A stretch of 64,000 nt of DNA from Clostridiales bacterium (GCA_024691085.1 JAILNX010000018.1:156591-220590), one strand, 5' to 3'; shown: positions 9,891 through 20,078, numbered from the stretch's first letter. A program made the numbers and translations. The notes: a model not told the origin generated them from the letters alone.

Positions 9891-10028
9891 ATGAATTACT
9901 TTGGACTGATAGTTCTGTTTATGGTTCCCGGCATCATCGTCGGGGGCATGGGCGCAACGCTTATAAACGACGCGAAGAGGAAGAAAAGAGCCGAATCCGC
10001 GAAGCGCCGTCTGCGCGCAAGCAACTGA
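9891..10028 (+). CDS. 45-aa small membrane peptide (MNYFGLIVLFMVPGIIVGGMGATLINDAKRKKRAESAKRRLRASN)
   Basis: Below the ORF-track cutoff. AAAGGAG RBS, consensus promoter upstream, terminator immediately downstream. One hydrophobic helix plus a basic tail. Confidence 0.6.
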   Translation: MNYFGLIVLFMVPGIIVGGMGATLINDAKRKKRAESAKRRLRASN

Positions 10029-10037
10029 ATCAAGCTT

Positions 10038-10068
10038 AAAAAAACGCGGCAAACGCCGCGCTTTTTTT
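10038..10068. terminator. Bidirectional intrinsic terminator
   Basis: A-run, CGCGGC-AAAC-GCCGCG, T-run. Sits between the convergent peptide gene and the cyclophilin gene. Confidence 0.7.
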
Positions 10069-10075
10069 CTTTCTG

Positions 10076-10606
10076 TCAGTGTACGTCCGGGTACTTATCG
10101 GGCTCGGGGAGCTCGGGGCCTTCGACCGTAACGGACTTGATGACGACCTTGTCTAACGGCCTGTCCGCGTAGCCCGTCCTTACGTTCGCGATCGCGTCGA
10201 CGACTTCGATGCCGCTGGTTACCCTGCCGAACGCGGCGTACAGCCCGTCAAGATGCGGCGCGGTCCTGTGCATTATGAAGAACTGGCTGCCCGCGCTGTC
10301 CATGGGCATTGAGAGCCTCGCCATGGAGATGACTCCCCTCTCGTGCTTAAGGTCGTTCTTCACGCCGTTCGCGGCGAACTCGCCCTTTATCGAGTAGCCG
10401 GGACCGCCGGAGCCGGTGCCTTCTGGATCGCCGCCCTGGATCATGAAGCCCTTTATGATCCTGTGGAAGGTTAAGCCGTTATAGAAGCCCTTTCGCGCGA
10501 GGGAGCAGAAATTATTTACGCTCTGGGGAGCGACGTCGGGATAGAGCTCGAGCCCTATGACGCCGAAGCCTTCGACTTCTACGGAAGCCGTGATCTTTTC
10601 GTTCAT
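10076..10606 (-). CDS. Peptidyl-prolyl cis-trans isomerase, cyclophilin type
   Basis: FHRIIKGFMIQGGDP...SQFFI motifs. Start placed at the internal ATG (MNEKITAS) behind a GGAGGA RBS; the ORF-track start at 10840 is an upstream extension. Confidence 0.93.
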   Translation of the reverse strand: MNEKITASVEVEGFGVIGLELYPDVAPQSVNNFCSLARKGFYNGLTFHRIIKGFMIQGGDPEGTGSGGPGYSIKGEFAANGVKNDLKHERGVISMARLSMPMDSAGSQFFIMHRTAPHLDGLYAAFGRVTSGIEVVDAIANVRTGYADRPLDKVVIKSVTVEGPELPEPDKYPDVH

Positions 10607-10727
10607 TTGAATATCCTCCGTAAATGGTATAACGGGATTGTACCACAGCGCCCGGGGCCGAATCAAGTATTGTAAAAAAGTCTCTGCGGTTGTATAATAA
10701 AAGGGAGCATACTTTAGGAGGTTTTTG

Positions 10728-12536
10728 ATGACTTCACGAAGGAAAAAATACCGCGACAGGCAGATATTCATACTCGCCGCTCTGATCGCGGTCGCGGTCC
10801 TCGCGATCGTGCTTACGGTCGTGATAGTGTCCTGCGGCAACGGAAAGGATCCCGGCTACTCCGCTCACAACACTCCGCGTCCCCAGGTTACGGACGCTCC
10901 CGTTACGACGGATCCCGCCGTGACGCCCGAGGTTTCCGAGAACGTTACGGAGTCCCCGACCGCCGAGCCCACGCGCCCGCCTATCAGCTACCGCGAGGTC
11001 TCCGCGCACGAATCGGCCAGGGCTTCGGCCTACGGCTTCTATACCGAACTTCTGGTGAACGGAAACGTCGCCTCCTCGTACTCCGCCGATCAGCGGGTCA
11101 GTTTCCTGCACAACGACGAGTACTCGCAGGCCGAAGGCGTGCTTTCGTTCCGCGGGAGCTGCTTCCGTCAGAACGCGTACTTCGGCACCGCCGTGGTCGA
11201 GACCGGCGCGCTCCAGCAGGTCTGGCAGCACGACACGTTCAGCGTCGGCAAGGGCGAGGGCGGCAAGTATACCGGCGTATGGACCGGCACCGGCTGGACA
11301 GGCCAGGCGCTCTGCGTCCGCTGGGACAACGAGACCAAGGCGATAATGAACATGTACGATTCCGCCAAGAACAAGGACGGACTGATCGAGGTCATCTGCC
11401 CCTGCATGGACGGAAACATCTACTTCTACGATATGGAGACCGGCGAACCCACGAGGAACAAGCTGGTCTTCGGCGTGCCCTTCAAGGGCTGCGGCAGCGT
11501 CGATCCGCGCGGTTGGCCGATACTCTATATCGGTCAGGGCGACCACTACACGACCGAGGGTAAGGCTTCCAAGGCTTACGTCATCTCGCTCATCAACGGC
11601 AAGGTGCTTGCGACGGTCGGTGCAAAGCCCGACAGCTTCGCTCTTCGCTCCTGGCACGCATACGATTCCGCGGCGATAGTCGACGGCCCGACCGACACCC
11701 TGTTCTATCCGGGCGAAAACGGCATACTCTACCGCGTTAAGCTGAACACGAAATACGACAGGGCCGCCGGCACCCTTACGATGGACCCGTCCACCCCGGT
11801 CAAGCTTCGCTATCAGGCGAGCCGCTCGAAGAACGACGGCTACTGGCTCGGCTACGAGTCGAGCGCGGTCGCGTGGCGCAATTATCTGTATCTGTGCGAC
11901 AACACGGGACTTATGCAGTGCGTCGACGTGAACACCATGAAGGTCATGTGGGTGCAGGACACCTGGGACGACACCAACGCCACTCCCTGCTTCGAGGAGG
12001 ATCCCGAGACCGGCACCGGCTATCTCTACGTCGGCAACACCCTTGACAACAAGGCCGACGCGAGCGGCAGAGGCAAGGTCGCCTTCTTCAAGATCGACGC
12101 CTGCACGGGCGAGGTCGTATGGAAGAAGGAGTACTCCGTCGATACCACCTCGAACGTAACGGGCGGCTTCCAGGGCAGCGCGGTCCTCGGACACGGCGAG
12201 CTTGAGGGCCTCGTCATCACGACGTACAGCTCCGTCGGTTCAAACGGCTACGCGGGCTACGTCGTCGCCTACGACAAGAAGACCGGCAACGAGGTGTGGA
12301 CGTTCCGCGTTTCGGGCTACACCTGGTGCAGTCCCCTTGCCATGTACGACGCTTCCGGCAAGGCGTACATAATCGTCTGCAACTGCAACGGCGACGTCTA
12401 CGTCCTTAACGGCCGCGGCGAGAAGATCTCGAGCATCAACCTCGGTTCCAATATCGAGGCTTCGCCCGTGGGCTTCGGCAACTATATCGTTATCGGCACG
12501 AGGGTAAAGGGCATATTCGGGCTTAAGATCTATTGA
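10728..12536 (+). CDS. Membrane-anchored PQQ-like beta-propeller repeat protein
   Basis: N-terminal TM helix, a Pro/Thr-rich linker, then repeated beta-propeller-type segments (NGDVYVLN, CDNTGLMQCVD, GNIYFYD). TAGGAGG RBS. Confidence 0.7.
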   Translation: MTSRRKKYRDRQIFILAALIAVAVLAIVLTVVIVSCGNGKDPGYSAHNTPRPQVTDAPVTTDPAVTPEVSENVTESPTAEPTRPPISYREVSAHESARASAYGFYTELLVNGNVASSYSADQRVSFLHNDEYSQAEGVLSFRGSCFRQNAYFGTAVVETGALQQVWQHDTFSVGKGEGGKYTGVWTGTGWTGQALCVRWDNETKAIMNMYDSAKNKDGLIEVICPCMDGNIYFYDMETGEPTRNKLVFGVPFKGCGSVDPRGWPILYIGQGDHYTTEGKASKAYVISLINGKVLATVGAKPDSFALRSWHAYDSAAIVDGPTDTLFYPGENGILYRVKLNTKYDRAAGTLTMDPSTPVKLRYQASRSKNDGYWLGYESSAVAWRNYLYLCDNTGLMQCVDVNTMKVMWVQDTWDDTNATPCFEEDPETGTGYLYVGNTLDNKADASGRGKVAFFKIDACTGEVVWKKEYSVDTTSNVTGGFQGSAVLGHGELEGLVITTYSSVGSNGYAGYVVAYDKKTGNEVWTFRVSGYTWCSPLAMYDASGKAYIIVCNCNGDVYVLNGRGEKISSINLGSNIEASPVGFGNYIVIGTRVKGIFGLKIY

Positions 12537-15500
12537 TACACGGCCTCGACCTCATGCGTTCTTCCGTCCGAGACGAGCGGGATAAAGTCGCATCTTACCC
12601 CGTCGACAGAGAGATGCGCGGCCTCCCCCCTTCTTGCGCGGACGCGGTAGACCGCCGTCCCGAAAACGTACCGTAACTCAAACGAATCGAATACCGTGAC
12701 GGGCTTTAGGCTTAGCTTATCGCCCGTCTTTTTTATGCCGAGGATATGCTCCGTCATCGCGCGATAGAGCCAGCCGGCGGAGCCCGTGTACCAGGTCCAG
12801 CCTCCGCGTCCCAAGTTGTCGCCTGCTCCGCCGACGTCCGCCGCGAGCACGTACGGTTCCGTCCTGTACTTTCTTACTGTCACGGCGCTGCCGTGCGAAA
12901 CGGGGTCGATCACGCCGAGCAGCCTGTGCGCCGTTTCGGGCTTATTCAGCATGCATGCGGCGATCACAGCCCACGCCGCCGCGTGGGTGTACTGTCCGCC
13001 GTTCTCGCGTAGGCCCTCCGAGTACGCTTCGATATATCCGACGGGTTTCTCGGAGGAATCGGTAAACGGAGGCTTCAACAGCTTAAGCACCGCATTCTCC
13101 TCGTCCAGAAGCTCGCGGAGCGCCGTGTCGAAGGCGCGCTCTGCGTGCTCCGCGCCGGCGAATACCGCCCAGACTCCCGAGATAAGATCGATGCGGCACT
13201 CCTTCGACTTCTTCGAGCCGAGTACAGTCCCGTCCTTCCCTATCGCGCGGAGATAGCGGTCGTCCTCCCATGTTTTTTCAAGGCTCTCCTTGAGCTCATC
13301 TCTGAACGCTGAGAGCTCCGCGGCAAGCCCGTTTTCACCGCGTTTTTCCGCGATGTCCGAAAAATCCCCGAGAATACCGTAAAGGAACCAGCCGACAAAC
13401 GCGCTTTCGCCGTAAAGGTCGTCGTAGCCGTCGTTCCAGTCGCCGGCGCCCATCAGCGGGAGCCCGTTTTCGCCGCGCGGCATGGACGCCCGTATCGCGC
13501 GGACGCAGTGATCGAATACGCTTCCGCGTTGGTCTCCCGCGCAGAAGACTGCGTATTTGTCGCGCTCGTTTTCCTTAAGCGGCTCGCCTTCGAGGAAGGG
13601 CGCATCCTCGTCCCATATCGAGCCGTCGCCCGTGATCCTTTCGTATTCGAGGCAGACGAAGGGCAGGAAAAGCCTGTCGTCGGATATGCGCGTGCGGACG
13701 CCCCTTCCATCCCCGTGCCACCAGTGGAGTACGTCGCCCTCCTTAAACTGATGCGCGGCGGAATCGAGTATCGCGCTTCGCGCGCGTTCCGGCTCGGTCA
13801 TGAGCAGGGCGGATACGTCCTGAAGACGGTCGCGGAAGCCGACCGCGCCGCCCGACTGATAGAAGCCGGTCCTCGCGAAGAGCCTTGATGCGTAAAGCTG
13901 ATAAAGGAGTATGCGGTTGACGAGAAGGTCAAACGCCCCGTCGCCCGTCGTGACGGTCAGCCTGCCGAGCCTTTCCGTCCACGCCTCCTTTGCCCTTTTT
14001 AGCTCCCGCTTCGCGGCCTCGGGATGAACGAGGTCCTTTTTGTACCGCGAGATATTCGTCTTTTCGTCCATGCCGAGGATGAACACCGCCTGCGCCTCGC
14101 CGCCCGAGGGAACGGTCAGCGCCCTTTCAGTTCCCGTTTCGAATAACGCGTCGCCGCCAAGAATGAACGCGCGCGCGCCGTCGTCCGCGCGGCGGGCAGA
14201 GTCGAAAACCATCACCCCGTCCGAGACAGCGGAAACTATGCTTTCGTCGTTCGCGTTCTCTCCTGCGGCCGGAGTTATCTCAAGCCTTGCCTTCAGTTTT
14301 CTTACGCGGCGGCTTTGGTTTTTGACCGTTACGAGATAATACTTCAAAGGCCTTTCCGCATCGGCGAAGACCATAAGTTCAGCGAGAAGATCGCCCGCTT
14401 TCGACAACGATTTCGTATAACCCGGCCCGTGCGAGATCTCGTACTCGCCGCACTTCCCGTAAGGCATGAGGAAGCGGACCTTTCCGTCCTCCGAAAGCGA
14501 GACCTTTTCACAGGCGGGATCGGATAAGGGATCGCAGCTCCACGGCGTTAAGCGAAGGAGCCTCGCGTTCTTATACCATGTGAAGCCGCCCCCGTTTTCG
14601 GTGACGAGCGTGCCGAAGTTTTCGTTCGCTATCACGTTCGCCCACGGCGCGGGAGTCGGCTCGGCCCCCGTCCTTATCACGTACTCGTCCGCGTCAGGAT
14701 CAAACCCGCCGAAGCCGTTCATGAAAGCTAGCTTCCGTGCCGGGAGCTTTTCGGTCGTAACGGTTCTTTCGCAATGCGGTTCCTTCCTTTTCGGGGGATA
14801 ATACGGGAGCTTATCCGCGTCCGCCGCGATAAGCGCCATGGAGTTGAGCGCAGCCTCCTGCTCTTCTGATACGTACGCCCCGTCGATCACTGCCGCGCAG
14901 TCCGCCGCGAGCTCTGAAAGCCGCTTCCTCGCGGGATCTCCGTAGCTGACCGGAAGGCGGCTTAAAATCACCGCGTCGAAATCAAGCCCCCGCGCATTCG
15001 AAAAGCGCGTGAACGCAAGGAATCTTTTGACGTCAATCAGCTGTTCCCTCTTTGAAACGCGCGCGAGCACGATCGGTCTGTCGCCCGATATCCCGAGCTC
15101 CCAAAGCGCCGCAACGCCTTTTTTCGTTTGAACGTTCGGCTTATCCTTGAACGGTATTCCCTTAGCTACCCTTAAGGCGAGCGGTTCCGTTTTTACGATC
15201 GTTTCCGCCGTGACGCCCGATTTCTTCAACATGCCGTTCGCGACCGCCCTAACGAGCTTTCTTTCGGCGTCGACGCTTGACGCGGTTTCGCGGAGCGCGC
15301 GGACCGCCTCCTCACGCGATCCGGCGGCAGCCATGACGAACAGCATTTCGGCGCTCTCGCCTGGCGAAAGCTCCGTTTTTGCGACCGCCGAAAAGCAGGG
15401 CTCTGCCGGTGAGTTTCTGAACTCGCCCGGAGCGCGGCTTGAAAGCGCCTCGGCATACGGAGTGAGCCTTCCCGGGAAGGAATATGCGTCCGAGGAGTAG

Positions 15501-18500
15501 GCGGTCTCCGTCTTCGCGATGAGCGCCGCTAAGAGATACAGTTCCTTTCTGCCGCGCTTCTTCCTGAGTCTGAACAGCACGGCGTTATCCTCTTTTGCCG
15601 CGTCGACCGTGAGCTTTACGAAAGCGGGATGCGCTTTAAATTCGCGTTCCGTAACGAGCACCGGTCTGAAAAAGGCGCCGACCGTAAGCTCTTTTTTCTC
15701 TTTGGAACGGTTGACGAAGCTCATCTGTCTGACCTCCGAGTTATTTGAAGCCGAGTCGAAAACCGCGAGCTTCGCGTAAATGCCGCAGGATTCCGCCTCG
15801 AAACGCGCTTCCGAGGGTTCGAACTCGGCGCGGCCCAAGATCTCGCGGAAGGAGTTTTCACCGAAGAAGATCCTTACGCCGTCGCGGTCGGTCAGCATGG
15901 TATTCCCTATGGCGGAGTATCCCGTTCCGTCCGAGAACATCGCCGTATGCATGTCGCCGTTCGAAACGAGCGCGCCGTCGAGCGTGCCGGAAGCCGCCTT
16001 TCTCACATACGCGCCGCTCCTGTCGCGCGTCTTAACGCTTCCGACAACGCTGCTTTCGTATTCGCGGATGACGATGGGCTTGAGCGGCAGGTTCTCGAAC
16101 AGAAGCTGTTCCATGGAGCGGACGCGCGGGATACTCATGAATCGCGAAACGTTTTTGTTTCCTGTGAGTACCGCCGCGTACGCCGCAAGCTCCATGCCCT
16201 TGTGGTGCGCCATGAAGCTCCTCACGAAGCGCGGGTTTCCGTCCGATCCCATATCCATCGCCTCGTAAAGGCCCATACTGCCGTAAGCGCCCGATTTTAC
16301 AAGGTTCCTTAGATTGTCCGCCGCTTCGTTCGGCTCGAGGAGCAGCGCGAGCGAGGACGCGTATGGCGCGATGACGTCGTGCTTTTCCCTCGCTGGTTCA
16401 AGCGCGAGCGCCGCCTCGCCGAATGCCCTGTATTGATAGTTCATCGCCCTGTCGAACGCGTAATACCCCGATTCGGACTTCCCCCAGGGAACGCCGCCCG
16501 AAGTTTCCATCATCTGCGTTCTGACGGCGCCGAGCGCGATCTCGTGCTGCATGGAGCCCGGCACCGTTTCGAAGAACAGAAGCGGCATGAGATATTCGAA
16601 GACCGTACCGCTCCACGAAACGAGCGTGCGCCCGCCCGACGCGTCCTTCAAAAGCCGCGAGAGCGCCTGCCAGTGGTCGGTCGGGACTTCGTTCTTCACT
16701 ATCGCGACGAAGCTTAACAGCCTCGCCTCGGACGCGTAAAGGTCGTAATGGGCGCCGTAAAGCCTGCCCGAATCGAGATCGAAGCCGATGCTGAACAGCT
16801 TTTTGTCATGATCGTAGAGCCTTCCGAGCTCCATCGCCTCAAAAAGCCCATCCGCTCTCTTCGCGGAGTCCTCCGCGCCGGCTTCGCGAAGCGCAATGGC
16901 GGTCACCATGAGCGAAGCCGCGAGGTTTCCCGCATCCACCGAGGAAACGAACCTCGGCGCGATGGGCGTAAGATCCCCGACGCGGTACCAGTTGAGCGGT
17001 ATCCCGTGCCATTTCTCGAGCTTTTCGATCGAATCTATCATGTTCGTCACGCGCTTAAAAAAGTCCGGCTCGTTCAGCACGCCGAGATCGCGCGCAGAAA
17101 TAAGCGCCATGAGTCCCATTCCGATATCGGTCGGCGAAGTAAGATCCGCGGGCGGCTTTTCGGGGAACTCCTGCACGTTGTCCGGCGGAAGATGATTCGT
17201 TTTATCCCCCACCGTTTCATCGAAGAACTTCCACGCTCCCATGAAAAGTTTGAACACGAAGGCGCGGTCGGCGTCGGAAAGCGCTTTCGGCTTTCTTTCC
17301 CTTCCCATAAGCCCGATTACGGGAGGCGCCGCCGCCCAGAGTACGGCGAGGATCGCGCCCAATATGTATAAGGGCTTCAAGCCCAAAAGGAAGGTGAGCA
17401 CGGTAAGGAGCGAAAGCGTTAAAAACGACGCGGCGGAGTTTGCCGCGGCAAGGCCGCTTTCGCCCGCTTCAGCCGACGCCGCCGTCTGCCATTCGAGCAT
17501 CTTCCTGTGCGTAAAGAGCGTCCGGACAAGCGCCTTTACGACCGCCTTAAATGAGCATACGGCGGCGTAGGGAAGCGCCGCGGTCTCGACGAGCGTCCTT
17601 AAAAGGAGCTTGAGCCACGCGTCCCTTGCGGCGCGCTCGCGCATGCTGGAGGCCGCAAGCAGAAAAAAGCCCTTTACGGGTTCGAAAATGAACGACAAAA
17701 GCGCGAGAACGAAGAGCGGTACCGAGCCGATCACGAGCGACGCCGCGAGGAGCGCGAGCGTAACCGGCTCGCGGAGGCTCCTTAAAAGATTCGCGAGCAT
17801 CTTTGCCTTCGCGATGCTTCCGAGAGGTTTCCCGAGTCTTCCCGCGATGAACGGCAGAAGCTGCCAGTCGCCCCTTATCCACCGCTCCTGCCGCTTCCAC
17901 CACTTGGGAAGCGTCGCGGGCTCCGAATCGAGAAGCGTCACGTCGTCGAGATACGCCGCCCTCGCGAGCGAACCCTCGAGAAGATCGTGGCTCAATACCG
18001 TGTTGTCAGGGATACGCCCCTCGGTCATCCTAAGAAACGCGCGAACGTTGATGATACCCTTGCCGCCGAAATCGCCCTCGCGGTACGCGTCCATGTGCAG
18101 GTTCGACACCGCCTGCGAGTAGAGCTCGCAGCCCGTATCGCCCGAAAAGAGCCCAGAAAAGAAGCTCTTAGCCGCCGACCGCGCGGTCGTGCGCATCCTC
18201 GGGACGAATACGGAATACCCCGCTTTCACTCTTCCGTCCCCGATGACGGGCGCGTTCGCGGGATGCGCCGCCGCGCCAATGAGCTTGGCGAGAGTTCCGG
18301 GAGGCATGACGGTATCCGCGTCGAGCACGACGGTGTAATCGGCGCGGAGCCTGTGTTCGGGATAGGCATTAAATGTGCTTTCGCCGCCGGAGAGAACCTT
18401 TAAAAGCTCCGTCACGGCGCCGCGCTTTCGCTCGTGTCCCTGCCACACGCCGTCGCGGTTTTTCGTCCTTTCGCGGAGAAGGAGCGTGAATCTGTCGCCG

Positions 18501-19672
18501 TATTTTGAATTGAGGGCACGTATCTCCTCCTTCGCCTTTTCGATTATTTTTTCGTCGCCGGGGAGCACCTTTTCGGGGGCGTCCTTGAGATCGCCAAGAA
18601 GTATGAACCGGACGCCTTCAAGTTCGTTCGCGAGATAGTGGTTTTCAAGCGTGCGTGCAGCGCTTTTGACGGACGCCTCATCGAAGAGAAGGACGGGCGT
18701 CGCGACCGCCGTCGGGTACTCCCGCGCGTCCTTTAAAGAAAGCCTCAGCACCCTCCTCGGCCTGAACAGAAGGCCGAAGCCGGTCGTTGCTATCGACAGC
18801 GCGATCATGAACGAAGGGAACAGTCCGAGTATCACGGTTACTGTCCCGCGTTTAATAAGAACCGCCTCGAAAGCCGCCGTCAAAGCTATGAGCGCGGCGA
18901 CGAACAGGCAGAACGCCGCCTTCGGCTTGACCATCCTGCGCCTTTTCCCGAGCGCGCGTGTAAGCTCGTCCTCCCCGTCCGCCGCGAGATAATACGCCGC
19001 CGAGGCGCGTCTTCCCTCGCCGTCCTTCGCGAGCCTTACCGCCTCCCTTGCCGCGTCGGTCTCGGCAATCCTAAGCGCCGCGGATATCCTCACCGCGCCC
19101 GAGACCGCAAGCTGACGGCTTGCCCTATCGAGCTTTATAAAGTCCGCATCGCCCCGCAGTATCCTCTCGACGGGGCTGGCCTCGCTTATAAGGTCGTCCC
19201 ATTTGAGCTCAGAGCAGGTCTTGAGCTTAAGGAGCTTTTCCGTAAGCTCCGTCTCGTCGAAGGAGCCGCCCGAAACGAGCTCGGCGAGCTCGGAAAAGAG
19301 CGCAATCTTCAGAAGTATCGGAAGCGCCTCGAGCTCCGCCTGCATTATCCCGTCCGCGGAGAACGAGGCTATCTTTTCGGAGTACGCTTTGGGCTCCGGT
19401 CTTATCCCCTTAAGCTCATCCGCGAGTGAAGCCGCCCGCGGGACGCTGTCTGCGTTCGACGGGAGCCTGAGCTTCTTAATGGAATCGAGCTCCTTCAGCA
19501 CGACCGTGAGCTGCTTCTCGACGGAGTAGAACTCGGTCAAAAAAAGCTCCTTTTCGGGCGGGAGCTCGCCCGTTTTCAGATCCCTGTACGTCCGCCGGTA
19601 AAATGAAACGAGCCTCCGTCTTATAAGGAGTGCCTTTATGAACAGGTAGTTTTTGAAGTTCTTTATATCCAT
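12530..19672 (-). CDS. Cyclic beta-1,2-glucan synthase-like giant protein (GT domain + TM region + alpha-toroid domain + GH94 phosphorylase-like domain)
   Basis: 2380 aa. GT signatures VVLDADT and RQERWIRGDWQ, multiple TM helices, and a C-terminal GH94-like region (GGQYTHAAAWAVIA, WTWYTGSAGW). GAGGTGA RBS. Confidence 0.8.
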   Translation of the reverse strand: MDIKNFKNYLFIKALLIRRRLVSFYRRTYRDLKTGELPPEKELFLTEFYSVEKQLTVVLKELDSIKKLRLPSNADSVPRAASLADELKGIRPEPKAYSEKIASFSADGIMQAELEALPILLKIALFSELAELVSGGSFDETELTEKLLKLKTCSELKWDDLISEASPVERILRGDADFIKLDRASRQLAVSGAVRISAALRIAETDAAREAVRLAKDGEGRRASAAYYLAADGEDELTRALGKRRRMVKPKAAFCLFVAALIALTAAFEAVLIKRGTVTVILGLFPSFMIALSIATTGFGLLFRPRRVLRLSLKDAREYPTAVATPVLLFDEASVKSAARTLENHYLANELEGVRFILLGDLKDAPEKVLPGDEKIIEKAKEEIRALNSKYGDRFTLLLRERTKNRDGVWQGHERKRGAVTELLKVLSGGESTFNAYPEHRLRADYTVVLDADTVMPPGTLAKLIGAAAHPANAPVIGDGRVKAGYSVFVPRMRTTARSAAKSFFSGLFSGDTGCELYSQAVSNLHMDAYREGDFGGKGIINVRAFLRMTEGRIPDNTVLSHDLLEGSLARAAYLDDVTLLDSEPATLPKWWKRQERWIRGDWQLLPFIAGRLGKPLGSIAKAKMLANLLRSLREPVTLALLAASLVIGSVPLFVLALLSFIFEPVKGFFLLAASSMRERAARDAWLKLLLRTLVETAALPYAAVCSFKAVVKALVRTLFTHRKMLEWQTAASAEAGESGLAAANSAASFLTLSLLTVLTFLLGLKPLYILGAILAVLWAAAPPVIGLMGRERKPKALSDADRAFVFKLFMGAWKFFDETVGDKTNHLPPDNVQEFPEKPPADLTSPTDIGMGLMALISARDLGVLNEPDFFKRVTNMIDSIEKLEKWHGIPLNWYRVGDLTPIAPRFVSSVDAGNLAASLMVTAIALREAGAEDSAKRADGLFEAMELGRLYDHDKKLFSIGFDLDSGRLYGAHYDLYASEARLLSFVAIVKNEVPTDHWQALSRLLKDASGGRTLVSWSGTVFEYLMPLLFFETVPGSMQHEIALGAVRTQMMETSGGVPWGKSESGYYAFDRAMNYQYRAFGEAALALEPAREKHDVIAPYASSLALLLEPNEAADNLRNLVKSGAYGSMGLYEAMDMGSDGNPRFVRSFMAHHKGMELAAYAAVLTGNKNVSRFMSIPRVRSMEQLLFENLPLKPIVIREYESSVVGSVKTRDRSGAYVRKAASGTLDGALVSNGDMHTAMFSDGTGYSAIGNTMLTDRDGVRIFFGENSFREILGRAEFEPSEARFEAESCGIYAKLAVFDSASNNSEVRQMSFVNRSKEKKELTVGAFFRPVLVTEREFKAHPAFVKLTVDAAKEDNAVLFRLRKKRGRKELYLLAALIAKTETAYSSDAYSFPGRLTPYAEALSSRAPGEFRNSPAEPCFSAVAKTELSPGESAEMLFVMAAAGSREEAVRALRETASSVDAERKLVRAVANGMLKKSGVTAETIVKTEPLALRVAKGIPFKDKPNVQTKKGVAALWELGISGDRPIVLARVSKREQLIDVKRFLAFTRFSNARGLDFDAVILSRLPVSYGDPARKRLSELAADCAAVIDGAYVSEEQEAALNSMALIAADADKLPYYPPKRKEPHCERTVTTEKLPARKLAFMNGFGGFDPDADEYVIRTGAEPTPAPWANVIANENFGTLVTENGGGFTWYKNARLLRLTPWSCDPLSDPACEKVSLSEDGKVRFLMPYGKCGEYEISHGPGYTKSLSKAGDLLAELMVFADAERPLKYYLVTVKNQSRRVRKLKARLEITPAAGENANDESIVSAVSDGVMVFDSARRADDGARAFILGGDALFETGTERALTVPSGGEAQAVFILGMDEKTNISRYKKDLVHPEAAKRELKRAKEAWTERLGRLTVTTGDGAFDLLVNRILLYQLYASRLFARTGFYQSGGAVGFRDRLQDVSALLMTEPERARSAILDSAAHQFKEGDVLHWWHGDGRGVRTRISDDRLFLPFVCLEYERITGDGSIWDEDAPFLEGEPLKENERDKYAVFCAGDQRGSVFDHCVRAIRASMPRGENGLPLMGAGDWNDGYDDLYGESAFVGWFLYGILGDFSDIAEKRGENGLAAELSAFRDELKESLEKTWEDDRYLRAIGKDGTVLGSKKSKECRIDLISGVWAVFAGAEHAERAFDTALRELLDEENAVLKLLKPPFTDSSEKPVGYIEAYSEGLRENGGQYTHAAAWAVIAACMLNKPETAHRLLGVIDPVSHGSAVTVRKYRTEPYVLAADVGGAGDNLGRGGWTWYTGSAGWLYRAMTEHILGIKKTGDKLSLKPVTVFDSFELRYVFGTAVYRVRARRGEAAHLSVDGVRCDFIPLVSDGRTHEVEAVYQ

Positions 19673-19713
19673 GAGGTCACCTCAAAAGTGTAATCACGGA
19701 TAATTATTCTCAC

Positions 19714-20007
19714 CTATCGGCAATTTGATTCCACGTAGGAGATGATTTTCGAAATGAAGTCGGCGATGTATGGGATATTGCTCCTCGCGACTGCGTCGAG
19801 TATCCATATCACCAGCGCGCCGAGCAGCGAAAAGCCCACCGCCATTCCGAGGCCGCGCGCGGCGCCGAGCAGGAACGCCCTTTTCACCATTCGTTTCCTG
19901 TCCGAAACGTACTCCGCGTACTCAATAAAGTGCGTCCGTTCAAGCGCGGACGCGATCCCGTCCACCTTTTTCGCGATATCATCAAGCCTTTTATCCCTGT
20001 TTCTCAT
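19714..20007 (-). CDS. Small membrane protein, uncharacterised (possibly DUF5665-like)
   Basis: 97 aa with one or two TM segments (FLLGAARGLGMAVGFSLLGALVIWIL). Confidence 0.55.
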   Translation of the reverse strand: MRNRDKRLDDIAKKVDGIASALERTHFIEYAEYVSDRKRMVKRAFLLGAARGLGMAVGFSLLGALVIWILDAVARSNIPYIADFISKIISYVESNCR

Positions 20008-20078
20008 TTAAAAAAAGTATTCTCCGAAAACAAAAAAGCATTACCCCGATCGGGATAACGCTTTGTTTTTTCCGTTAT

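Noticed and set aside
10607-10840. N-terminal extensions of ORF-track models (10076-10840; also 43337-45004, 45515-46561, 32150-32830 and 61235-62323).
   Set aside because: The extensions cross promoters or terminators or lack an RBS, whereas internal ATGs have good RBSs and match the family N-termini. Shorter starts were adopted.
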